Assembly: GCA_963804525.1 (NCBI GenBank)
Contig: CAWDQO010000003.1
Coordinates: 16,687 to 80,686, forward strand
DNA: 64,000 nucleotides
Direction: 5' to 3'
From: an uncultured Thermoplasmata archaeon
Lineage (GTDB): Archaea > Thermoplasmatota > Thermoplasmata > Lutacidiplasmatales > UBA184
Part shown: piece after piece, positions 52,741 to 60,959 of the stretch
How positions within the stretch are numbered: the stretch's first letter is position 1
Layout: each line of letters opens with the position of its first letter
The notes under the pieces: generated by a model
What the model saw: the letters and a program-made list of their open reading frames with translations, nothing else
What the model was told of the DNA's origin: nothing
Database searches by the model: none
Position numbers and translations under genes: made by a program

Positions 52741-53673
52741 TCACGCCGCCTTCCCGGTGAGGATGAGGGACAGGAGCGCCATCCGGGTCGGGACCCCGAG
52801 GAACGCCTGGCGGAAGTACGCCGCATGGGGGCTCCCGTCGACCTCGGGCGCGATCTCGGTCGTCCGGGGGAGCGGATGCATCACGATCAGCCGGGAGTTC
52901 GCGCCGGCGAGAAGCGCTGCATCGACCCGGTACGAGCCGGCGACCTTCGCGTACTCCGCTTCGTCGGCAAACCGCTCTCGCTGGATCCGGGTGACGTAGA
53001 GGACGTCGGAGTCCCGGACCGCCTGGTGCAACTGGTCGACCTCGGTGACCTTGGCGCCGAGATGGTCGAGGTCTTCCCGGACCTCTTCCGGGAGGGCGAG
53101 CGACGGGGGAGAGGCGAGGACGAGCTCCGCGCCGAAGACGGCGAGCGCGTGCGCGAGCGAGTGGACGGTCCGTCCGTACCGGAGGTCTCCCAGAAGAACG
53201 ACCCGGAGCCCCGTCAGGGTCCCGAACGCCTCCTGCATCGTGGCGAGGTCGAGGAGCGTCTGGCTCGGGTGCTGGCCGGCCCCGTCGCCGGCGTTGATGA
53301 CCGGCTTGTCGGACGCCTGGGCGGCGAGACGGCCCGCTCCTTCGTTCGGGTGGCGGAGGACGATCGCATCGCCGTACGCCGACAGCATCCGGGTGGTGTC
53401 GTAGAGGCTCTCGCCCTTCTTCACGGAGCTCGCGGCCGGGTCGGTGATCGAGGCGGTCCGACCCCCGAGCCGGAGCATCGCCGTCTCGAACGAGAGGCGG
53501 GTCCGGGTCGACGGCTCGAGGAAGGCGAGCATGAGGAGCTTCCCGGCGAGCTGCTGGCCGACCTTCGTCCCCTCGGCGTACGGGATCATCCGTCGGGTCC
53601 CCTTCAGGACCTCCTCGATCTCCTCGCGGGAGAGGTCCCGGATGGAGATCACGTCCCGGCCCTTGAGCCCCAT
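52741..53673 (-). CDS. pyrB: Aspartate carbamoyltransferase catalytic chain
   Basis: The start is the ATG at codon 21 of ORF 52741..53733. Motifs are EPSTRTRLSFE, HPSQTLLD, GDLRYGRTVHS and HPLPR. Confidence 0.94.
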   Translation of the reverse strand: MGLKGRDVISIRDLSREEIEEVLKGTRRMIPYAEGTKVGQQLAGKLLMLAFLEPSTRTRLSFETAMLRLGGRTASITDPAASSVKKGESLYDTTRMLSAYGDAIVLRHPNEGAGRLAAQASDKPVINAGDGAGQHPSQTLLDLATMQEAFGTLTGLRVVLLGDLRYGRTVHSLAHALAVFGAELVLASPPSLALPEEVREDLDHLGAKVTEVDQLHQAVRDSDVLYVTRIQRERFADEAEYAKVAGSYRVDAALLAGANSRLIVMHPLPRTTEIAPEVDGSPHAAYFRQAFLGVPTRMALLSLILTGKAA

Positions 53674-53766
53674 CCGGTCGGCGGAACCGAGGGTGCAACA
53701 TAATCGTTTGGCCAACCGAACCGACCCCCGCAACGGCCAAGCTCCGCGGTCGATGCGAACCTCGTC

Positions 53767-54699
53767 GTGCCGAACGCCCGGAAGAACGCGGTCGACGCGG
53801 GGCTGTTCGCGGTCGTCGCGGTCGCCTGGGGTCTGAACTACCTCTTCGTCCGGGAGGGGCTCACCCTTGCCTCCCCGCTCTGGCTGGCCGCGCTCCGGTC
53901 CGGTGTCGGGGCGCTGGCGCTGGCCCCGTTCGTGCTCACGCGGGCCCGACGGGCCACCCTGACGGCCGTCGACGTCCGGGACGCGCTCGCGATCGGGGTC
54001 CCGAACACAGCGGTCTTCTTCGGGCTCTGGTTTCTGGCCGCCCGTTCCGTGCTCCCGGGCGAGGCGGCGGTCCTGGTGTACACGTTTCCGCTCTTCGTCA
54101 CCCTCCTGGCCGGGCCGGTCCTGGGGTCGTACCCCGGACGGGGGCAGATGCTGGCCGTGGCGTGCGGGTTCGGCGGGGTGGTCCTCGTCTCGCAGCCCTG
54201 GGCCGGGAGTGGAGGCAACTTGGCCGCCCTCCCGGTGGCCGCCCTCCTCCTCGGGGCGTTGTCCTGGGCGATGGGGACCGTACTGTTCAAGCGCCGGTTC
54301 GCCGGCCCGAAGGTGGCCCCCGCGAACGCCCTCCAGCTGGTCGGGGGGACGGTGGGACTTCTCCTCGCGGCCGCGTTCGTGGAGCCCACGGCACTTCCGA
54401 CCGCGAGCGTCCCCCTGCTGGCGACGGTCGCGTGGTTGGGTCTCCTCGGGACGGCCGTCGCGTATGCGATCTGGTTCGACCTCCTCGACCGGACTCCCGC
54501 GAGCACGCTCAGCGCGTACACCTTCGTGGTGCCGCTCGTGGCCCTTCTGGCCTCCGCGTTCGTATTTGGTGAGCGGGTCGACATCGTGGAAGCAGGGGGG
54601 GTCGCCCTCGTGCTCCTCGCGGTGTTCCTCAATGGGAGGAGCCCGCGGTCCGACCGAACGGACACCGCCCGATCCCCGAACGCGGTCGACCTGGAGTAA
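53767..54699 (+). CDS. EamA/DMT-family transporter
   Basis: The protein has ten hydrophobic helices in a 5+5 arrangement. FAVVAVAWGLNYLF lies at the N-terminus. Confidence 0.8.
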   Translation: MPNARKNAVDAGLFAVVAVAWGLNYLFVREGLTLASPLWLAALRSGVGALALAPFVLTRARRATLTAVDVRDALAIGVPNTAVFFGLWFLAARSVLPGEAAVLVYTFPLFVTLLAGPVLGSYPGRGQMLAVACGFGGVVLVSQPWAGSGGNLAALPVAALLLGALSWAMGTVLFKRRFAGPKVAPANALQLVGGTVGLLLAAAFVEPTALPTASVPLLATVAWLGLLGTAVAYAIWFDLLDRTPASTLSAYTFVVPLVALLASAFVFGERVDIVEAGGVALVLLAVFLNGRSPRSDRTDTARSPNAVDLE

Positions 54700-54747
54700 C
54701 GGTCGCTCGGAGGGGTCGGCCCCTCCGGGGGGGGCGAGAGTCGCGAC

Positions 54748-56094
54748 CTATACAATCCACGCCGTGTAGTAGAAGTAGACCAGGTAGACCCCGACGATGA
54801 TCAGGACGACGGCGCTGACCTTCTTGATCACGGGGGTATACGCCTTGAGCAGGTTCACGTACCGCTTCCCGGCCAGGGCCAGAAGGACCGTGACCACGAT
54901 CATCAGCACGGCGGCGGTCAAGCTGTAGATCAGGATGTTGATCAGGCCGCCCAAGAGCCCGAGCGCGAGCCCGGCGATGATCGCCGAGAAGATGACCGGC
55001 GCGACGCAGCCGGCCGCGGCGGCGGCATATCCCATCCCGTAGCTGAACAACTTGAGGTAGAACCCCTTCCCGGACGTCGGGCCCTCGGCGATTGCCGGGT
55101 GAGCCGGGGGGTTCCCCCGGAGCCGTTGCCAGAGGGATTGGAGGGGCGCGACGATCCGCCAATACTGGATGTTGGTGAGCAGGAGGGCTCCGAGCCCTAC
55201 GAGGATCGCCCCGACGACGATCAGGAGATACGGAATGTACCCGCTCACCGTGCTGGCGGCGAGGATGAGGGCGACCCCGACCAGCAAGAAGACGACGATC
55301 ATCCCCAGCGCCGTTACCGACCCCGCGGCGACGGCCCGACGCGCCGCCCCTTTGTAGGTCGTTCCGTCCTCCGCGGTCGATTCGGACTTCGTGGCATTCA
55401 GCCCGAGGAAGAGCCCCATGTACCCGGGGAACATGGGGAAGGCACACGGGGAGAAGAACGTGGACACCCCGGCGATCGCCGCGAGCGAGAAGACGCTCAC
55501 GGTCACGAGCGAGATCGGCGTGGCGGTTCCGGCGAGGGACGCCGCGATGCTCGACTGCAGCTGGCTCGTGCTCTGGGCCCCCGCCTCCTGGTAGACCACC
55601 CTCCCCTGCTTGTCGATCATCACGACGTTGGGGATGTCGCTGACCCCGTACGACCGCGAGACGGACAGGCTCGGCGTGTCCTGCGCCATCGTCCAGGTGA
55701 TGTTGTTCTTCGCGTGGTACGCCTTCAGGGCGGGGATCGTGTCGCCGAATTGCGGCTCGATGTAGATGGACACGATCTGGACGTTCGTCGTCCCGGTCGC
55801 GTTGTAGTTCGTGTAGAGCGTTTTCAGGCTCTGCTCGACGATCTGGCACTCGCTGCACGAGAGGGAGGTGAACTCGATCAGCACCACCGAGTTGGTCCGG
55901 TAGTCGGTCAGATTGAAGTTCTGACCATAGATGGTCGTGAGCGAGAAGGTGGGAGCGAGCGGTTGGGTGGCGTTCCCCGCCTTCGCGGACGGGAGCACGA
56001 GGCCGACGTAAAGTCCCGTCGCGACGAGCGCGGCGACCACGACCAGGATGAGGACGACTCGACCCTTCCCCAGCTTTCCCCACCGGCCGGGCAT
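54748..56094 (-). CDS. Fusion of an extracytoplasmic TlpA/ResA-like thioredoxin domain (CSEC) with a CcdA/DsbD-type transmembrane electron-transfer domain
   Basis: An N-terminal anchor is followed by LIEFTSLSCSECQ and DIPNVVMIDKQGRV. The membrane domain carries the two CcdA cysteines in FFSPCAFP and AAAGCVAPV. Confidence 0.85.
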   Translation of the reverse strand: MPGRWGKLGKGRVVLILVVVAALVATGLYVGLVLPSAKAGNATQPLAPTFSLTTIYGQNFNLTDYRTNSVVLIEFTSLSCSECQIVEQSLKTLYTNYNATGTTNVQIVSIYIEPQFGDTIPALKAYHAKNNITWTMAQDTPSLSVSRSYGVSDIPNVVMIDKQGRVVYQEAGAQSTSQLQSSIAASLAGTATPISLVTVSVFSLAAIAGVSTFFSPCAFPMFPGYMGLFLGLNATKSESTAEDGTTYKGAARRAVAAGSVTALGMIVVFLLVGVALILAASTVSGYIPYLLIVVGAILVGLGALLLTNIQYWRIVAPLQSLWQRLRGNPPAHPAIAEGPTSGKGFYLKLFSYGMGYAAAAAGCVAPVIFSAIIAGLALGLLGGLINILIYSLTAAVLMIVVTVLLALAGKRYVNLLKAYTPVIKKVSAVVLIIVGVYLVYFYYTAWIV

Positions 56095-56184
56095 CTACCC
56101 CTCGCGTGCAGCGGTGGACGAGGACGATCGACTCCGGCCGACTGGCTGACCACCCATCCCGAGCATGTCCACGGACCCTTCGGA

Positions 56185-57153
56185 TCAGTTGGCGGGCCCC
56201 TGCGGGGGGGCGTCCGTTGTGGCGGGTACCGTGGCGGGTGTCTTGGCTTGGTTTGCCTTCCTACGGGAGGACACAAGGAGACCGATCGCCACGACAACGA
56301 CCACCGCTACGACGATCGCCACGACCGAGATTCCCGCGGCGGTCCCCAAGAATCCGCCCCCGGCCGTTTGCGTACCGACAGGGGTCGGGAGGGTCGTACC
56401 GTTGGTGAGAGAGAAATCCTTGACCGTATTCTGCCCGGCGATCGTGACCGTGGTGCTGCTGCTTTGGTAGCCGCTCGCCGTGACCGCAACGCTGTAGGTG
56501 CCATTCGCCAAGCCGGGGAACGAGTAGGCTCCCGAGGCGTTGGTCACCGCCGAGGTTCCGCTGCCGGGGCTAAGGGTAACCTCCGCCCCCGCGAGTCCGC
56601 CATGAGTGGTCGCGCTCGAAACGACGCCCGTCAACGCGTAGACTGGGTTGACCACGGTCATCTCGAACATGAACTCCCCGATGACCGTCGTCGCGATCGT
56701 CAGGTTCGTGAACGAGTTCGGGACGGTCGGCTCGGTCACGTTCGTCCCGTTCGCGTAGTCGATGGTGATGTTGTATCCGGCCCGGACCCCGACCGTCATC
56801 CCGTTGTAGCTGGTCATCGGGCCCGTGGTTCCGGCGAACCAGCTCGCGCCGTGCGCCGTCATGAGGACCGGGGCGTAGCAAAGCGAATTCGTCAGCTGGC
56901 AGAAGGTGAAGTAGGCCATCGAGACATCGGATGGGTTCGCCAGCTCGAGGGAGACGGTGAACCCGCTCTGCTCGGTCGTGTTGTTCGACTGGTAGATCGC
57001 TTCGACACCCGTCCACGGAGCTGGGGCCGATTGCGCGGTCGTACCTCCCACGGAGAGAAGGAGGACCAGCCCGACAAGGGCGGCGATCGCCCATCGCCCG
57101 CTCCCGGAGCGGAGGGCTGCCGCCGCCGCCAATCTCCCGGTCGTTCCCATCAT
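56185..57153 (-). CDS. Sequon-rich surface protein with a carboxypeptidase-regulatory-like (CarboxypepD_reg) domain and a C-terminal TM anchor
   Basis: A signal peptide is present. The regulatory-like domain reads GVVSSATTHGGLAGAEVTLS...TNASGAYSFPGLANGTYSVAVTASGY. The TM anchor is ISVVAIVVAVVVVVAIGLLV. Confidence 0.75.
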   Translation of the reverse strand: MMGTTGRLAAAAALRSGSGRWAIAALVGLVLLLSVGGTTAQSAPAPWTGVEAIYQSNNTTEQSGFTVSLELANPSDVSMAYFTFCQLTNSLCYAPVLMTAHGASWFAGTTGPMTSYNGMTVGVRAGYNITIDYANGTNVTEPTVPNSFTNLTIATTVIGEFMFEMTVVNPVYALTGVVSSATTHGGLAGAEVTLSPGSGTSAVTNASGAYSFPGLANGTYSVAVTASGYQSSSTTVTIAGQNTVKDFSLTNGTTLPTPVGTQTAGGGFLGTAAGISVVAIVVAVVVVVAIGLLVSSRRKANQAKTPATVPATTDAPPQGPAN

Positions 57154-57156
57154 CCC

Positions 57157-59193
57157 CTACTTCCGGCTCCCGGTCCCCTTCTTGGGAAGGAGCGCGATCA
57201 CGCCGAGGAGAGCGACAACGCCGACGGCCACCCCGACGATCGCAATCGTTTCATCGGTCGTAAGCCCGCCGGCGGAGCTCGAGGAGGTTCCCGAGCCGGA
57301 CGGGACCGGCACGAGAGCGACGTTGATGGTCGTCACATTCCCGGGGGCGAGCGTGACGGAGGTCGTATTCGCCCGGTACCCGGGGGTCGTGACGTTCAGC
57401 GAGTAAATCCCGGGCTGGACTCGTTCGGAAAACGCTCCATCCACGACGGCAACGGCCGTTCCGTTCAGGGTCACTGTGGCGTTCGATGGGCTCACCGTAC
57501 CTTGCAAGGTCGCCATCGTCAGCGCAAAGTCGACGGTGAACGAGACCGGCGCATCCGAGACCACCACCGGTGCGGTGGGCTCCGCCGTCGGAACGCGGGC
57601 GTACCAGTCGGTGCCGTAGGTGTAGTTGTACGACCCGTCCCCGAGATAGAGCGTCAAGGGAGCGCTCGTGGCCGAGGTGAAATTCATCGTATCGATCGAA
57701 AGCCACCATCCGATGCTGTCGGGGAGGCCCTGAGACGCAGCGGTCACGGAGCTGGCCGAGATCGCGCTCGTGTTCAGCGAGAACCCGCCGGCGTCCCCGG
57801 CATCGACCTCGTACCAGTAGCTCTGGCCAGCGACCAGATCCGACTCGACGTACTGGGTCGCCGACGTTTCCGTGAGCAACGCGTAGACTCCCGAGGGCGA
57901 GGCGGATTGGTAGAGGTAGTACAGTACGCCCCCCGCTCCGGTCGTTGGAGCGGTCCAGTTGATCGTGACCTCCTGTACCCCCGGGGTGATGGACAGGCCA
58001 GTCGGGACCGCTGGCGGCTCGAGGGGATTCACGACGATCGCAGTCGCACCGTACCCGGCGTACCCCGTCGCGGTCGCATTGGCATAGATGGGGATGGACT
58101 CCGTCGAGGTGACCGCCGGGGCCGTGAACGTCGAGGTGAACGTGCCGTTCGAGGCCGTGGTCCCGGTCGCCGGGCTGAAAGAGCCGCCGCCGGCCGAGGT
58201 CAAGTTGACCGTGGCTCCCGCGACGACCGCGTTGGAGCTGCTGTTCGTCACATGGATCGTGACGGTCGTGCTCGCCGCCGACGTGACCGTCGCTGGGCTC
58301 GCCTCGATAGCGGCGGTCAACGTCGAAACGGGCACCATGTTGGCGTTCTCGACGATCTTCGTCGAATTCTGCTGGATCAACGTGATGACGCTGAGGTTCT
58401 TCTCGTTCCAGGCGGCGTTCAGAGTGCCGGTCGCGTTGATCTCGGTCGTCTCGCCTGCCACGAGGCTCACGGGGTGGTTGACCAACGTTTCGCGGACCAC
58501 GTTGCCGATGTCGTGGGGGCCGTACCCATTGCTCACGTTCTGCTTCCCGATGTACTCCATCAGGTACGAGACCGCGTTGTAGGTACCCGTGATCCCCGAG
58601 GTGACGTTCGCCTGCTCGGTCACGTTACCCGAGCTCACGGTAGCGCTCTGCGAGATGGAGACGTTGCCGGGGTACGCGGCCGCGCTCGAAATGTTCTGCA
58701 GATACCACGACCCCATCTGCGACGCCGAGTCGGTAGCCCCGCAGACCGAGGCGACCCCATCGAAGAAGACGTCAGGAAATCCGCAGACGTTGTAGAAGTT
58801 CCCCCGGTCGGTGGACGTCCCGTCCGCGGGCACGTAGTTCTCCAAGCACGAGCCTTCCCCGGGAGGGAACGCGCAGACGTGCAGTTCCGCGATGACGACC
58901 TTGCTGTGGCTCGTGTTCAAGTCGATGTGATAGAGCGCGTTCGATTCGGCGGGGCAGTGAATGCACCAGACCGCCGTGAACGTCTCGATCAACACGGTCC
59001 GCGGGAACGTGGTCATGGGGGTCGGAGTGGCGGGGGTCGCGTCGGCGACGACGGGCCCCACGGAGGCGGCTGTGGTCCGAGCCGGGGTCGGAGCGACCGC
59101 GCTGGCCGGCCCAGCGAGCTGGGTGGGCGCCGACAGGAGGATCGCCATCACGAATACCGACACCAACACCGCCGCCACGCCAACTTTCTTCAT
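57157..59193 (-). CDS. Surface protein: N-terminal thioredoxin-like domain (WCIHCP), FN3-like domain, CarboxypepD_reg-like domain and a TM anchor
   Basis: The start is the ATG at codon 39 of ORF 57157..59307. The signal peptide is MKKVGVAAVLVSVFVMAILLSAP. VLIETFTAVWCIHCP is followed by several more Cys residues. The FN3-like part is PTGLSITPGVQEVTINWTAP...YYLY. The regulatory-like part is GTVSPSNATVTLNGTAV...GIYSLNVTTPGY. The TM anchor is IAIVGVAVGVVALLGVIALL. Confidence 0.8.
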   Translation of the reverse strand: MKKVGVAAVLVSVFVMAILLSAPTQLAGPASAVAPTPARTTAASVGPVVADATPATPTPMTTFPRTVLIETFTAVWCIHCPAESNALYHIDLNTSHSKVVIAELHVCAFPPGEGSCLENYVPADGTSTDRGNFYNVCGFPDVFFDGVASVCGATDSASQMGSWYLQNISSAAAYPGNVSISQSATVSSGNVTEQANVTSGITGTYNAVSYLMEYIGKQNVSNGYGPHDIGNVVRETLVNHPVSLVAGETTEINATGTLNAAWNEKNLSVITLIQQNSTKIVENANMVPVSTLTAAIEASPATVTSAASTTVTIHVTNSSSNAVVAGATVNLTSAGGGSFSPATGTTASNGTFTSTFTAPAVTSTESIPIYANATATGYAGYGATAIVVNPLEPPAVPTGLSITPGVQEVTINWTAPTTGAGGVLYYLYQSASPSGVYALLTETSATQYVESDLVAGQSYWYEVDAGDAGGFSLNTSAISASSVTAASQGLPDSIGWWLSIDTMNFTSATSAPLTLYLGDGSYNYTYGTDWYARVPTAEPTAPVVVSDAPVSFTVDFALTMATLQGTVSPSNATVTLNGTAVAVVDGAFSERVQPGIYSLNVTTPGYRANTTSVTLAPGNVTTINVALVPVPSGSGTSSSSAGGLTTDETIAIVGVAVGVVALLGVIALLPKKGTGSRK

Positions 59194-59864
59194 GTTTCGT
59201 TCCTTGCTCGAATCTTCGTACTCGTCGAATCGCCCTTCCGTCGCACTATATGGCCGTTCCGGAACCCGGCCGCTGCTCGATTGCGCCCGTTCGGCGCGAT
59301 TTCGCAAGCGACGTCAGGTCCGCGGCAGGACGGAGCGCGGGGTCGTGCCGAGAGGCACGGATCGATCCGCTCGAACGGGATCGGGACACATCCTCGGCTT
59401 TTCGTTCGGCCATTCCGTTAGTCGGGCGACGGCCTAGAGGACACCAATACTTAAGGGTCAAGGACGAGATTCTCTTCGATTTTTCCGTCGTGGGGCGGGC
59501 GCTCGTGCCGGGTTCCGGGTCGCGGCCCGTGGCAATTGCCGGCCCCACCCGCCGCGGGGACCATGTTTCTCGTCCCGAGGACGAGGCACGGAAGCGGCCG
59601 AGCCGGAGAAGGTCGGGGGCAAGATCGCCCGTTGCAGGACGTGCGGTGGACCGGACCGGGCTTCCCGGGCGCCGACGGCTGCTAGTCCCGGAACAAAGAG
59701 CCACCCGACCCGAGGCGAATGCCGACGGCAAGCTGCCAGAAAATCCCCGTCGGTCGAATCCGGGCGTCTCCGCATCGCCATCGGCGCAGCGTGCAGCGGA
59801 TGAGGCGCACCGAACCGATCGGGAGACCTGCGACGGCGTCCCGAGTCATTCGACCAGGCCGCTT

Positions 59865-60422
59865 TCACCGGGTGCGTGCTGGAGTCGCCAGATCCCGTGG
59901 AAGACCGTTCTCCAACCCAAGGACGAGGGGGTGCGCTACCGAGCGAGGGAATTGGGCAAGAGGCTTCACGGTGACCGCACGAGGTGGGGCAATAACCGGC
60001 CGACTTTTACGTCGGCCGGGCCAGGTCGCAGTAGTAAGCCCCACTACCACTGTGAAATGTCGGTCTGAGCCTCGACCGAACCCCGGCGGGAGGACCACGC
60101 GGCCGACGGTGGCGCTGCCTGAAGAAGGCCGAGGTAGAGACATCGCGGCGTCTGGCGACCTCAGGGCCCGAGCGACTCGGATGGTATCGGTCGCACGTCG
60201 GACGAGGTGTCGGAACGCCAGGACAATTCCAAAGCCGAGTAGCCCTAGTCCTACGAAGAAGAGAATGTCCGTGGGGACCCACTCGCTCGGAAAGGACAGG
60301 GCCAGAACGATGCCGGCAGCCGCAAGGCCCATGCCTAGGAGTAAGAACACGAATGCCTGATTCACGGCCCGAAAGGCGGTCTCTTGGAATCGCCTGAGAG
60401 CCCGAGGATCGCTCGCACCCAT
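59865..60422 (-). CDS. Hypothetical membrane protein (2 TM at the N-terminus; C-terminal half of doubtful authenticity)
   Basis: The first ~90 aa, AFVFLLLGMGLAAAGIVLALSF...ILFFVGLGLLGFGIVLAF, look genuine. The rest is R/P-rich and spans a strong hairpin at 59996-60019. Confidence 0.4.
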   Translation of the reverse strand: MGASDPRALRRFQETAFRAVNQAFVFLLLGMGLAAAGIVLALSFPSEWVPTDILFFVGLGLLGFGIVLAFRHLVRRATDTIRVARALRSPDAAMSLPRPSSGSATVGRVVLPPGFGRGSDRHFTVVVGLTTATWPGRRKSRPVIAPPRAVTVKPLAQFPRSVAHPLVLGLENGLPRDLATPARTR

Positions 60423-60480
60423 CCGAGTCTTCCGGCGACGGTCCGCCTTCTATAAGGGACCTCCGCCAAATCGGCGACCG

Positions 60481-60726
60481 TCACGCGCGGAGGTCGCGGA
60501 GTCGCTGGAATCCGAAGACGGTGATGATCCCGCCCGCGACCGAGAGCAGCACGCCGACCGCGAGAAGTCCGAGGAACAACGCCAAGGTCGAGGCCGACCC
60601 AGGCGCCACGCAGCTCGTGCTCGCGAGGCACGCGTCGAACGCCGCGAACCACTCCGCGACAATCGCGGAGATGGTCAGCCCGACCGCGAGGAGGATGGCC
60701 CCGGTCGCGAGCAGCCGGGGGGTCAT
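60481..60726 (-). CDS. Small 81-aa membrane protein (2 TM)
   Basis: The start is the ATG at codon 42 of ORF 60481..60849. It reads MTPRLLATGAILLAVGLTISAIV...ALFLGLLAVGVLLSVAGGIITVFGF. Confidence 0.5.
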   Translation of the reverse strand: MTPRLLATGAILLAVGLTISAIVAEWFAAFDACLASTSCVAPGSASTLALFLGLLAVGVLLSVAGGIITVFGFQRLRDLRA

Positions 60727-60959
60727 GCCCGGTTCCGGTCGCGGTGGATCGTTCGGCGAGTGGGGGCTCGGCGTCGTTGGTTTCGGATGCGGTCGAGCAT
60801 CTTGCTCCCTCGTGGGGAGAGGGAGCAAGGGCGAGGAATCGAGGCTCACACGCGGGGGGGACCCCGAGCGAAGCGAGGGGGAGGACCCGCGGTCGGACGC
60901 GGTCTGGTTCGGGGAACCGATATCTAGAGCTGGACCCCTCCCAATCGCGTTCGGACTCG

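Noticed and set aside
59200-60100. Possible RNase P RNA or SRP RNA in the ORF-poor region.
   Set aside because: I searched both strands by eye for GGAAAGUCC, GUAAGAGCGCACC followed by ACAGAA..GGCUUA, and the CCCGGAAGGGAGCA helix-8 motif. Only weak partial matches appear (GGTAGCGCACC, AGTCCCGGAACAAAGAGCC), and they are in the wrong order or context.
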